A model generated the notes under the pieces. That model had not been told where the DNA came from, searched no databases, and saw only the letters and a list, made by a program, of their open reading frames with translations. DNA of 64,000 nucleotides from Octopus sinensis (Eukaryota), in contig NC_043019.1 of NCBI RefSeq assembly GCF_006345805.1, positions 21,637,360-21,701,359 of the forward strand, in the 5' to 3' direction. The position numbers were made by a program, and so were the translations under genes. Positions 14,665 through 26,805 of the stretch are shown in pieces (the stretch's first letter is position 1; every line of letters begins with the position of its first letter).

Positions 14665-15070
14665 GGCACAGGAGTGGCTGTGTGGTAAGTAGCTTGCTTA
14701 ACCAACCACATGGTTTCAGGTTCAGTCCCACTGCATGGCACCTTGGGCAATTGTCTTCTACTATAGCCTCAGGCCAACTAAAGCCTTGTGAGTGGATTTG
14801 GTAGACGGAAACTGAAAGAAGCCCATCGTATTAGATATATATATATATAGATATATATATATATGTATGTATGTGTGTTTATGTTTTATGTGTCTGTGTT
14901 TGTCCCCACCAACATCGCTTGACAACCGATGCTGGTGTGTTTACATCCCCATAATAGAATAAGAACTACGCTTCGAAAGAATAAGTCCTGGGTTGATTTG
15001 CTTGACTAAAGGCAGTGCTCCAGCATGGCCGCAGTCAAATGAGTGAAACATGTAAAAGAGAATAAAAGAG
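14665..15070 (+). mobile_element. CORE-like tRNA SINE, second head-to-tail copy
   Basis: Same structure as 14129 with a small internal deletion. Confidence 0.9.
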
Positions 15071-15392
15071 AATATACCTTCCCTTGTTTACTGTATGTGT
15101 GTGTGTGTGTATGTATATATGTATATATATATATATAATATATATATATATACACACATACATACACACACATTCCAGATATTTGTCATTTTCTATAAAA
15201 AAATTTTGTATGCATATGTAAACATACATGCATGCATAAGGAACTGGTATCCCATGAAGAACTGACTATTAGCTTTAACAATAATATTATTAAGTCTATT
15301 TAATTTCTTAGTTTTACAGTTTATTATTATCATTATTATTATTACTATTATTATTATTATTATTATTATTTATTATTATTATTATTATTATT

Positions 15393-15530
15393 AAATTCCA
15401 CTGAGGTTGACTTTGCCTTTCATCCTTTTACCTTGATAAATTAAGTACCAGTGAAACACTTGGGGGTCGATGTAATCGACTACTTCCTTCCCCCCAAATT
15501 TCAGGTCATGTGCCTTTAGTAGAAAGGATT
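15393..15530 (+). mobile_element. Meta-domain SINE, 5'-truncated, in (TTA)n
   Basis: GTTGACTTTGCCTTTCATCCTTT..GATAAATTAAGTACCAG. Confidence 0.8.
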
Positions 15531-15841
15531 AGTAATATTATTATTATTATTCAATAACCTTATTACTATTGCATGCTTTTGCTACACTACAAAGCTCAGC
15601 TCTGTATGCCTTAGCCACGTGCAGTGTTTTGTTTTCATTTCGTCTTTTTGTTTTGACAACCAGTGAAGCCATATTCACGTAATGTAGCTGTTCAGCAAAA
15701 AGAAACTGATGGAATAAGTACTGGGCTTAAAATAAATACTGGGGTTGATTTGATCAACTAAACCCTTCAAAGTGGTGCCCCAGTATGGTTGAGTTTAATA
15801 ACTGAGACATTTATTCTACATAATATGTAAGCTCTAGATTT

Positions 15842-15885
<44 letters not shown>

Positions 15886-16169
15886 AGGGCAGTGGATTGG
15901 CTAAATCATCAGAGCATCTAAGAAAATGCTGCACAGTATTTATACAAATTCTTTATATTCAGAGTTCAAATCCTGCCAAGGTCAATTTTGTCCATTATCT
16001 CTCCTTGGGAAAAATTTAGATAAATTGAGAGAACCGATCAAAGACTGGTTGATTTAAACAACTAATCCAGTTCACCTCAAAATTTCTGGCCTCGTACCAA
16101 AATTACAAAAATTATTCTTCTTCTTAAGGCTGAAAAGACTAAGGACCTATTTCTTTACTACCCACAAGG

Positions 16170-16600
16170 GGCTGACCAACACTTCCCTCTTCAGTCAGGT
16201 CTACATTGACTTTTTCAAGTTCCACTAAAAAAATATAGTGATAGCAGAGGGATGTGGTGTCTCCCAGCAAAATTCTGACAAGGTGGATGATAGCAGTAAA
16301 AAGGTTTGGATTGAAAAGAATTACTCTAAGCATATGAATGTGAATTGGAGAACAACAGTGGGGTGAGGGCCTATACCCTTGGTGGTCAGTGTGACCCTTG
16401 ATTTGTAGGGTTCCTTGACTGGCCTAATTAGTGGCATTCCTGTATCATCCATGTGCATTCACATATTTTGTGTACTATGTTTACTTTTCGTCCTATCTCT
16501 CTCCTCCTCAACATTTCTTCCGGTAATATTTTTATGTAAACTTTTACACAAATCATAAACTCTCCATGTTACATTTCTCTCATCAGATACCCCTGTGCCA
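16170..16600 (+). mobile_element. Decayed L1/Tx1-like LINE 3' end
   Basis: Broken frame SQVYIDFFKFH*...RDVVSPSKILTRWMIAVKRFGLKRITLSI* followed by a 3'UTR-like segment; resembles Tx1 ORF2 C-termini from memory. Confidence 0.45.
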
Positions 16601-16629
16601 CATAAAAGAAATAATTATTTTTATCATTA

Positions 16630-16845
16630 GGTGGCAAGCTGGCAGAATCGTTAGCATGTTAGACACAATGCTTAGTGGCATTTCATTTATCTTCACATTG
16701 TGAGTTCAAATTCTGCCAAAGGTTGACTTTGATTTTCATCCTTTCAGGGTTGATAAAATAATTACCAGTTGAGCATTGGAGATGATGTATTCAACTTACC
16801 CCAACCTCCAAACTTGCTGGCTTTGTGCCAAAATTTGAAATCATT
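16630..16845 (+). mobile_element. Meta-domain tRNA SINE
   Basis: GGTGGCAAGCTGGCAGAATCGTTAGCA head, GAGTTCAAATTC B box, Meta-like core. Confidence 0.85.
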
Positions 16846-17716
16846 ATTATTATTATTATTGATGCTATGTAAAAAGCAACAGTGCTGGTGCCATATAAAA
16901 AGCACCCAATATACTCTGTAAAGTGGTTGATGCTAGGAAGGGCATCCAGCTGTAGAAAAACCAAATGAAAACAGACTATGGAACCTGGTACAGCCCTAAC
17001 CTTGCCAGTTCCTGTCTAGCAGTCTAATCCAAGCCAGCATGGAAAACAGGTGTTAAATGTTGATGATGATGATGTGGATCTTATTTACAGTTAGAACTAA
17101 CTACACTGGAGTGATGAAGTTGTTCATATATTTCTGTGATACCTAGTGATAGTTAGAGCCATCTGGGACCAGTGAGTTGCTCCAGCACTCTGTGGTGATT
17201 TGAATCAATCAAGAATCAAGTGTTCTGTCCATAGATATGATAACAGAGTGTTGGAAACAGGATACTAAATACTGGTCTCACAGCAGTCTGTCCTATACAC
17301 TAATCAAGTGGCCATTCACATCTTCCGTATAATGCTAGGATGGGTGGGGATTAAATAAAAACAAACAATAATCAACAATAGAACAAACCAAAGCGGGAGC
17401 ATCTATGTTACCATTCAACGTGATAAAAATAGCAGCTAAATCTCCCTCAGATCATACTTGTTTTCTTGGGGTTGGGGTGAAGACACACGAGATATCATCG
17501 TCTGAAGTTATGCTATGTCTGAAAAAGTCGAGGTGGTTGCAGCTTTTAACCAGACACACTGGATCTGGGTCAATTTTGGACAAAACAACAGCAACATCAA
17601 TAATGAAGATGCAATTTTTAAAAAATGATAATAAAAAAAAGTAAATAATATATATATATATATATATTTATGTAACATTTGTAATTAAAAGCAAAAAAAA
17701 AAAAAGAATCACTTAC

Positions 17717-17771
17717 TCCAATCAACATCTTGGTAAGTCCGAATTACTTTTTGAGGCAATTTATGTTTCAT
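17717..17771 (-). CDS. Putative alternative first coding exon (isoform B): MKHKLPQKVIRTYQDVDW + phase-1 donor
   Basis: ATG AAA CAT ... GAT TGG A|GTAAGT with a consensus donor; in-frame TAA upstream; preceded by about 1 kb of transposon-free UTR/promoter-like sequence; same phase as the other two donors. Confidence 0.6.
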
Positions 17772-19000
17772 TGAATTAGTCCCAGGTGTGTGTATATATT
17801 ATGTTTGTGAGTGTGTGTATATGTATATATATATATATATATATATTATATTCAATGAGTTGACAGCAACCATATACATACATATATATATTTATATATG
17901 TATGTATGTATATACGTGTGTGTATTTTTGCTGCTGTTTGTATTATTTTTTTCTTTCCTTTTACTTTTATTTACTTCAGCAGAGGAGTGACGGTGGTGGT
18001 GGTGACAAGTAGGATGAGGACACAAATATAGGGGTGGATATAAAGGGGTACGGGGTAGAGGTGGTAGCAATGAAGGCCTTTTCCTCTTCACCTTTGTTTT
18101 GTTGTTGTTGTTTAAATAAAATCACAGCTTTAAAGTATCGCCAATGTAATAAATAGCAGTGAACATTCTTTCGTTGTTGTTGCTCTTTTCATTTACCATT
18201 TCATTTCATTTCATTTTATTCTTATTTTTATTTTTAGTTACAAAAAAACGCAAAGGAGGACAATGACAAGTTCCAGGTGAAAAAAAAAAAAGTAAAATTA
18301 AATAAATAAATCCCGAGCTTATTCAGGTAAAAACTAACAAGGCCATGACTACACGACGACTGTTCGCTGTACTGCCGCAGCACATGTTAATTAACATCGC
18401 ATACATACACACACACACAGAGATGCACACGTATACATACATGCATACTCACACAAACTACACTCGCATGAAAAAAAAAATGAAAAAAAACAAGAGATAA
18501 CTAAAAACACAAAACAAACAAAGGCCAGCAAAAAGCAAACAACAATAACACCAGTAGTGGCAGTAGCAGCAGAGAGGTTGGTGATAGAGTCGGTGTATAT
18601 GCAACAACTTCTCAGTCAACAGACATACATACAGCTGACAACAACAGATAGAGCAAGCAGCATGTGCTGGGTTCTCTATATTGTAATGATGAAGATGATC
18701 CAGAGAGTGTGTGGTGGTGGTGGTGATGGTGGTGATGGAGGGGGATTGAGAAACAGCAGTCAAAGCAAATTAGATCGTTGGAGGTGGAGCTTATATCATC
18801 ATCATCATCATTATTGTTGCTGTTATTATTATTATTATTATTATTATTTTATATTAGACATTATATTATATTCTATATTGTATTATATTGTATGGTGTTG
18901 TGCTACTAGCAATGTTCAATCAACTCCTACTGTTCCCCATTCCCTCTGCCGCCACCACCACCGCCACAACCATCACTGCCTTTCCTCACATGCCAAATTC
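17772..19000 (-). promoter_or_regulatory. Probable 5'UTR/internal promoter region of isoform B
   Basis: Transposon-free stretch upstream of the ATG, with a CpG cluster at 18345-18400 and a perfect palindrome ATGTTAATTAACAT at 18384-18397. The transcription start cannot be located. Confidence 0.3.
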
Positions 19001-19904
19001 ATCCTGTTCTCCTCACCTCCAAACTACCAAAATGGGTTTGTTCTCTTCTATAAAGTAGCATTATTGATCATCCTATGTGAAGATATTTTGAATAATGTTG
19101 GAGATTTACCCAAAAATTATGTGTGTGTGTGGGGGAGGGTCTATGGGAGGAGTGGAGAATCAGACAGACAGACAGATATGATGATAATATATAACAAATC
19201 TTACACATTGAGAGTCTTACCACCAACAGGGTTTAACAAATGTACAACCCGGACTGAATTATTCCATTCAACCAATCAACTTGGAACTCGTTAAAATAAA
19301 AGTTTTAACTAAGCTAAAGAAGTTCACAACTTTTATTTATAAATTTTCTCCTCTCCCCAACACTTTTCCCCCTTCTCCTCTTCCTACTACTCAGTAAAAT
19401 TAGATGTTTTGGATGACAGGAGGAGGTGGCTGTCGACAGTTTAGTAACAAAAAATTATTTTTATTTTCTTTATCAATTTAGCAAATGAATTAATAAAAAT
19501 AAAAAAAAACTTACAAAGCACTTATATAATTTAATATAACCATGTGTCAGTTACGATTTTCATAAAACCAAAGAAAAAAAATTAAAATAAAATCCACAAA
19601 CATAAAAAAGCAATCAAATCCCAATTATTCTTTGAATGATGAAAATAACTCGAGAATCAATGTAAATTAGAAAATTAGATATATTTTTTTACATGGGTGG
19701 GGTGGGGGAAGTATAAATCGTTATTTCACTTCAAATATAATTTACAGACAATGAGAAAGAGACAATTCAGATATCGCAGTCAACAATGATAATGAATATA
19801 TGAAAGGTTTTAATAATTGTTGCTAATTTAAGAACAAGGCAAGTAATTTTGAGGGGAGGGGGTTTAGTCAATGTCATCAACTCCAGTATTTGACTTACAA
19901 AAAA

Positions 19905-20213
19905 AGATCCCCTTTGGTCATGACTGGCCATGGGATTGCACCTAAAAAGTCCCCCTCTGAGGCACAAGACTGGGCAAGGTTGTTTATGGAAGACTAGCAA
20001 TCACCCATGCATACCAGCCTCTCCTCTCCACACCACCAATGTTGTCCAAAGGAAAGGCAAAGGCTGATACAGCTTGGTACCGTTAACATGACAACTCATT
20101 TCTACAGATGAGCGAACTGGAGCAACATATCTTGCTCAAGAAATATGACTCACAGCCTGGTCCAGGAATTGAACTCACTATCTCACGATTGTGAGCCTGA
20201 TGCTCTAACCACT
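19905..20213 (-). mobile_element. tRNA SINE (third-family head) with RTE-derived 3' part
   Basis: Head matches 12350; body contains GTCCAAAGGAAAGGCAAAGGCTGATACAGCTTGGTACC shared with the RTE remnant at 11200. Confidence 0.7.
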
Positions 20214-20709
20214 ACTTTATTTTCTTTATCAACTTCAAAAGGATGAAAGGCATGGTTAACCTTTGTGACATTTGAACTCAGAACATAAAGTGTATGAACA
20301 GTTTTAATAATGGTCTCTAATTGAGACATGAGCTCAGCAGTTTTAAAAGGAGGGTGTTAGTCAAATAAACAGACTCCAGGACTTGACCAGGACTTTATTT
20401 TATTAAATCTGAAATGATGAAAGGCAAAGTTGACCTCAGCAGAATTTGAACTCAGAATGTAAAACTGAAAGAAATGCAACTAAGCATTTTGTTTGGAGTG
20501 CTAATGAATGAATTCTGATTTAGGGACAAGGCGAGCAATTTTGAAGTAAGGGTATTAACTGAAACCACTGACCCAAGTACTTGACTAGTACTTTTATTTT
20601 AATGATCCTGGAAGGGTGAAAGGCAAAGTTAACCTTTGTGAGGGTTGAACCCAGAATTTACAGAGTGACCAGTTTTAATAATAATAATACTAATAATAAG
20701 TATGTTAAT

Positions 20710-20895
20710 AATCATGATGGACTTGGTCAGAATTTACACTGGATCACATGCCGTAAGTTTGGCCTCTTATATGAGAAGAACTAGTGGGAATATAACCCTG
20801 TCATAGTAGTAGAAGATCAAGACATCGCAGTTCTTTGAGACTGGTATTCAAATTGATCAAGCTCTTTAGACCAATAGACAAGATGTTGTGGCCTA
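20710..20895 (+). pseudogene. Decayed R4/Dong-type LINE fragment (region leading into the restriction-like endonuclease)
   Basis: Translates NHDGLGQNLHWITCRKFGLLYEKN*WEYNPVIVVEDQDIAVL*D/GIQIDQAL*TNRQDVV, matching the RHD..HW..C..WY.H.P..V.E....ILWD..IQTD....NRPD.V pattern; two of the three stops fall at Trp positions. Confidence 0.7.
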
Positions 20896-21086
20896 AAATC
20901 ATATTGACAAAACATCAAAACATGTCAGCTCATAGTTGGTACTCTGCTGATTCTGACAAAATGAGAAACTTTAAATAAATGTAGCATCCGAAGAAAGCAT
21001 GCAAACTGATGAAGCAGTGTGCACTCATGCATGTATGTATGTGTGTGAATATACACACACACACTTATGTATATACATGTTGTGAT

Positions 21087-21129
<43 letters not shown>

Positions 21130-21789
21130 GCTGTGGCACGTAACAAACACCATCCGATCATGGCCGTTCGCCAGCCTCATCTGGCACCTGTGTCGGTGGC
21201 ACATAAAAACACCTTCCGAAGACCCGGCAAGACTAGTCAGTCCACCTGTGCATACCTTCCTTCCTTCTTGTGACACTTGTGAAGACCGGTTGAGGCAAGT
21301 GAAAATCAAATCAAATCAAATCAAAATAGACAAAATAGATGAACATCAATGGAATTTGTATCTTGTGGTACCAGTGCCTGTGGCACACAAGAAATCCATC
21401 AGTGCCGTAGTCAGTGCGGTGGGCACATGACAAACACCATCCGATCGTGGCCGTTCGCCAGCCTCATCTAGCACCTGTGTCGGTGGCACATAAAAACACC
21501 ATCCGAAGACCCGGCAAGACTAGTCAGGCCATAACCCATGGCCCCTACCTGGGACGTAGTCAGTCCACCTGTGCATACCTTCCTTCTTGTGACACTTGTG
21601 AAGACCTGTTGAGGCAAGTGAAAATCAAATCAAATCAAATCAAAACAAATCAAAATAGATGAACATCAATGGAATTTGTATCTTTGTGGTACCAGTGCCG
21701 GTGGCACGTGGAATATAAGAAAACCATCCGAACGTGGCCGTAGCCAGTACCGCATCGACTGGCCTCCGTGCTGTGGGCACGTAACAGCA

Positions 21790-22095
21790 CCATCCGATCG
21801 TGGCCGTTTGCCAGCCTCATCTGGCACCTGTGTCGGTGGCACATAAAAACACCATCCGAGCGTGGCCGTCTGCCAGCCTCGTCTGGCACCTGTGTCGGTG
21901 GCACATAAAAACACCATCCGAGCGTGGCCGTCTGCCAGCCTCGTCTGGCACCTGTGTCGGTGGCACATAAAAAACCCATCCGAGCGTGGCCGTCTGCCAG
22001 CCTCGTCTGGCACCTGTGTCGGTGGCACATAAAAACACCATCCGAGCGTGGCCGTTTGTCAGCCTCGTCTGGCACCTGTGTCGGTGGCACATAAA
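21790..22095 (+). repeat. 62-bp GC-rich minisatellite, 5 units, at the 5' side of an RTE-tailed SINE (repeated at 23155-23460)
   Basis: ACCATCCGAGCGTGGCCGTCTGCCAGCCTCGTCTGGCACCTGTGTCGGTGGCACATAAAAAC starts at 21851 and 21913. Confidence 0.95.
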
Positions 22096-22273
22096 ATCAC
22101 CCACTACACTCTCGGAGTGGTTGGCGTTAGGAAGGGCATCCAGCTGTAGAAACACTGCCAGATCTGACTGGACTGGTGCAGCTTTCGGGCTCCCCAGACC
22201 CCAGTTGAACCATCCAACCCATGCTAGCATGGAAAGCGGACGTTAAATGATGATGATGATGATGATGATGATG
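22096..22273 (+). mobile_element. Young RTE-tailed SINE 3' module
   Basis: CCCACTACACTCTCGGAGTGGTTGGCGTTAGGAAGGGCATCCAGC ... CATGGAAAGCGGACGTTAAAT(GAT)n. Confidence 0.85.
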
Positions 22274-22444
22274 ATATATATATAAAATAATTTGAGGGAA
22301 TATTATTCCAAACTTACAGGGAAAAATTCAATTTAGAAATACTAAATCAAATTTCACAAATTTTTTTTCTATTATATGTAATTTTCTAGATGGTGTAATT
22401 TAATTTTGCATTTTGAATTGATAAAAGGTGGGTTTTTTCTAATT

Positions 22445-22492
<48 letters not shown>

Positions 22493-23809
22493 CCGTGCTG
22501 TGGGCACGTAACAAACACCATCCGATCATGGCCGTTCGCCAGCCTCATCTGGCACCTGTGTCGGTGGCACATAAAAACACCTTCCGAGACCCGGCAAGAC
22601 TAGTCAGTCCACCTGTGCATACCTTCCTTCCTTCTTGTGACACTTGTGAAGACCGGTTGAGGCAAGTGAAAATCAAATCAAATCAAATCAAAATAGACAA
22701 AATAGATGAACATCAATGGAATTTGTATCTTGTGGTACCAGTGCCTGTGGCACACAAGAAATCCATCAGTGCCGTAGTCAGTGCGGTGGGCACATGACAA
22801 ACACCATCCGATCGTGGCCGTTCGCCAGCCTCATCTAGCACCTGTGTCGGTGGCACATAAAAACACCATCCGAAGACCGGCAAGACTAGTCAGGCCATAA
22901 CCCATGGCCCCTACCTGGGACGTAGTCAGTCCACCTGTGCATACCTTCCTTCTTGTGACACTTGTGAAGACCTGTTGAGGCAAGTGAAAATCAAATCAAT
23001 CAAATCAAAACAAATCAAAATAGATGAACATCAATGGAATTTGTATCTTTGTGGTACCAGTGCCGGTGGCACGTGGAATATAAGAAAACCATCCGAACGT
23101 GGCCGTAGCCAGTACCGCATCGACTGGCCTCCGTGCTGTGGGCACGTAACAAGCACCATCCGATCGTGGCCGTTTGCCAGCCTCATCTGGCACCTGTGTC
23201 GGTGGCACATAAAAACACCATCCGAGCGTGGCCGTCTGCCAGCCTCGTCTGGCACCTGTGTCGGTGGCACATAAAAACACCATCCGAGCGTGGCCGTCTG
23301 CCAGCCTCGTCTGGCACCTGTGTCGGTGGCACATAAAAAACACATCCGAGCGTGGCCGTCTGCCAGCCTCGTCTGGCACCTGTGTCGGTGGCACATAAAA
23401 ACACCATCCGAGCGTGGCCGTTTGTCAGCCTCGTCTGGCACCTGTGTCGGTGGCACATAAAATCACCCACTACACTCTCGGAGTGGTTGGCGTTAGGAAG
23501 GGCATCCAGCTGTAGAAACACTGCCAGATCTGACTGGACTGGTGCAGCTTTCGGGCTCCCCAGACCCCAGTTGAACCATCCAACCCATGCTAGCATGGAA
23601 AGCGGACGTTAAATGATGATGATATGATGATGATGATGATATATATATAAAATAATTTGAGGGAATATTATTCCAAACTTACAGGGAAAAATTCAATTTA
23701 GAAATACTAAATCAAATTTCACAAATTTTTTTTCTATTATATGTAATTTTCTAGATGGTGTAATTTAATTTTGCATTTTGAATTGATAAAAGGTGGGTTT
23801 TTTCTAATT

Positions 23810-23840
<31 letters not shown>

Positions 23841-23916
23841 TATGTGTATGTATGCATATATATATATATATATAATATGTGCTATGATGATGATGCTTAC
23901 CATGCTGCAATATATA

Positions 23917-24122
23917 CAATAATCCTTTGATTATCATGGGTGTTATGTTCCAAAACCTCCCACAGAAATAATTAAAATCTAAAAAAATATAAATACCTAT
24001 TGGCAGCAGAAATCTGTGATATAGCGAGGAGTCCGTGATATAAATTTACAAATATTAGCCAGAAAAATCTGCAATGTACTGAGTGCGCGATAAGTGAACC
24101 GTGATATGGTGATGGATTACTG
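23917..24122. mobile_element. Tigger/pogo-like MITE
   Basis: TA|CAATAATCCTTTGATTATC ... GATATGGTGATGGATTACTG|TA imperfect TIRs with TA TSD. Confidence 0.7.
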
Positions 24123-24924
24123 TATTGTGTTTTTAACATAAGTCTATGAAGAAATTTTCTCTCAGACAAAAACATCATGCCTTTCAATGGTATATATATG
24201 TATTTAGTATTATACACATATATTAAGCTTCTCATCAAACAGGAAGGTAATGATGACAGGAATAACTTGCTAGCACACCAGACACTGGTGAATTATCAAT
24301 CATTCTCATATCAAATTGTTGATATAAAATATCTTTCCAATAAGAAACATTCTCATTTAATTATACATCGCTGCTTAATATATTTCAAGAACATAATGTA
24401 AAACTTAAAAATATATAAACATGTGTGTGTGTGTGTGCAAGGAAACAAAATTTAATTAAAAGAAATATCTATGTAATTGTATTAAAAAAATGATAATAAT
24501 AAGATAAAAATAAATATTTGCATTTGGACATAAGAGTTAAAATAATTTTTACATTTTGCAATCAATATATTTTTCATCACAGGTAAATTTTCTACATCAC
24601 CTGGAGACATCCAATTAAGATCCAAGAAAAATTTATCAAGATTCCAAATAAATAAATGAATATCTAAAAGCTATCGAAAAGAATATTTACTGCTCATTAA
24701 TATTTTCAAAGATAAAGTCATTGTTTGTTTGTTTTTTTTAATATTTTTGTTTATGAAATTTAAGGTAAAACTTTAATAAAATTTCAAGATTCTATTGACA
24801 GTCTTGCATCATTTTTCAAGATAGTATAAGAGTAAATAAAATAACTTGACATCTTTTGAAATATTTTAAATTTTGTTCTATTTCTGTCAGTTTCTTTGGC
24901 AGGGAGAATGAAAGTTTAGTTGTT

Positions 24925-25140
24925 ATCATTGTTGTCGTTTAGCCCTCGGCCAGTCCTGAATGAACAGATCCATGAATAAAGACATTCCAGCCATGACCAG
25001 TGAATGTGCTATTTTTTAAGACAGTGTATCTAAGACTACATTATCCTGAGTTTTTGTTTCTTTTTTTAAGCAAGCTGAGTATAATTTGAGGGATTTGATT
25101 GTTATTTCTAGCATGTCAAGTGATCACAAAGAGGCTTTCT
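24925..25140 (-). mobile_element. Old SINE-like family with (CAA)n tail
   Basis: Family motifs CTAGAAATAGCAGCCAAATCTCCCTCAAAT and TGACCTGGGGCTAAACAACAAC; fragments also near 8520, 9520, 10490, 12225, 13300, 17420, 31170, 40570, 51350, 53935, 54830, 55680 and 59780. Confidence 0.65.
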
Positions 25141-25236
25141 GGCACTTGTATGAATTGCATAAAGTAATTGTAGCTAGAATATAATTTCATAGATTAGCTT
25201 TAAAATATGAATAAGTAACCTTTAAGTGTGTGTGTG

Positions 25237-25274
<38 letters not shown>

Positions 25275-25285
<11 letters not shown>

Positions 25286-25520
25286 CAACTTTTTTGTCTG
25301 TCTGTTTCCTATGCATTTTCAAATGGCTTGACCAAATCAAATCAAATTTTACAAGGTGAGAGTATAAGACCCCATGAGTGTCAACATATAATTTCATTTT
25401 TTCATTTGGATTAAAACAATATAACATTGGCACACATTCGGTATTACATGTCAAAAGTGAAACAATAAGATCTATATTGTAATGTGATAGAATATTGTTT
25501 CACTTTTATTCTTTCACTTT
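25275..25520 (+). mobile_element. Possible Helitron-like 5' fragment
   Basis: TATATAAA...TGTCTGTCTGTTTCCTATGCAT...TGGCTTGACCAAAT...AAATTTT pattern; no 3' hairpin/CTAG seen. Confidence 0.4.
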
Positions 25521-26326
25521 TAATTCTAAAGTGATAACATTAAGATCATCTTATTTTTATTATGTGTTTGCGTGTGTGTGTTTGTCCCCCCAATACTGCT
25601 TGACAACTGGTGGTGGTTTGCTTATGTCCCCATAAATTAGCAGTTCAGCAAAAATGACTGATAAAATAAATACTAGGCTTCTAAGTCCTAGGATCAATTT
25701 GTTCGACTTCAAAGTGGTGCCCCAGCATGACCACAGTCAAATGACTGAAACAAGTAAAAGATAAAAGATATAAATAGAAACAGACTGCCAATAAACATAG
25801 GACAAATATGAAATATTAAATATAAAAACAATATAAGGTTTTGGGGTCACTTCCCCCACCACATTTATACGAAAAAGGAATGAAAGGTAAGTGAACCAAT
25901 AATTAAAAAAGCCTTGTAAATGGATTTGGTAGTTGGAAAAATGAAATATGCTCATTGAATATATATGCATCTGTAAGTGTGTGTGGTGGATAGGTCAACA
26001 AAATCTGATGAGGAAGACTGCATCATGCTCCGGTGTCTGCTTTGGCATGATTTCTACAGTTGGATGCCCTTCCTAACACCAACCATTTATGCAGTATATG
26101 GGAGGGGGGGGGGTATTTTTCACTGGCAAAAATTATTTTGTAAATTGCAAGGCTCAGTGCCTAAAATGACATCTGTATCTGAAGGGAAATAGAAGGGAGA
26201 GTGAGTGATGCTTCTTAGTGGAGGGATAAGGAATGGCAAATATTATGAGAGGAACAGATTGGCACTGTAAAAAGATTGACTCAATACTTTAACAGTGACT
26301 TCTTCCAAGGAAATTAACATTATAAA

Positions 26327-26805
26327 CAGGGTGAGCCAAAAGTCACACACCAAAACATTTGATATTTTATTTATACTAAATTATTATTATTCATTTTGTT
26401 CATCATATAATAATAATAATAATATAATAATAATAATGAAATTATTGTATACAGTGCTCAGGTGCACCACAATTTGTCAAAAGTGCATATAAAGCATATG
26501 CAGTCATGTACAAATGTCTGGAAAGTGAACAGTGTATGAGTCAGATACATGCTTGTGTGTGTATGGAGGGGAGAAAATGAGGTGTAGTGTTGGCGAATCT
26601 CAGGAAGCATGGAAGTTTTGAAGGATGCAGTGCTCCGACAACTAACAACTGATGCCAGCAGTTTGTTCCATGCTTCAGCAACTTTTAGACGTATGTGTGT
26701 ATTTATCATTATTATATTTTATTCAATTTTTAAAAAATTGAAACATGTCTTTGACACTTCTGGAGGGTATTAAACTTATTTGTGAGTAACTTTTGGCCCA
26801 CTCTG
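26327..26805. mobile_element. Tc1/mariner-like MITE interrupted by a CR1 fragment
   Basis: TIRs CAGGGTGAGCCAAAAGTCAC / GTAACTTTTGGCCCACTCTG|TA. Confidence 0.75.
26410..26690 (-). mobile_element. CR1-type LINE 3' end
   Basis: KVAEAWNKLLASVVSCRSTASFKTSMLPEIRQHY (R/KV...WN.LP..VV......FK motif), 3'UTR and (TTA)n tail. Confidence 0.8.

Larger units (their letters stand above)
21126..23840. repeat. Tandem duplication, unit about 1366 bp (21126-22492 and 22493-23840)
   Basis: Identical ORFs at 21986 and 23352 (offset 1366); all three boundaries lie in (TA)n. Confidence 0.95.

Noticed and set aside
18557-19294. 245-aa plus-strand ORF
   Set aside because: GTG start, patchwork of simple repeats, no recognisable domain.
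21790-22095. CRISPR-like regular repeat (also 250-445)
   Set aside because: Units are contiguous with no unique spacers, there are no cas genes, and the context is eukaryotic.
21650-23612. ORFs with repeated MCHRHRCQTRL / PPTQVPDEAG
   Set aside because: Frames through the 62-bp minisatellite; the period is not a multiple of 3 and there is no splice support.
24593-24669. Possible plus-strand terminal exon GKFSTSPGDIQLRSKKNLSRFQINK*
   Set aside because: Only an acceptor-like site; no partner exons found.
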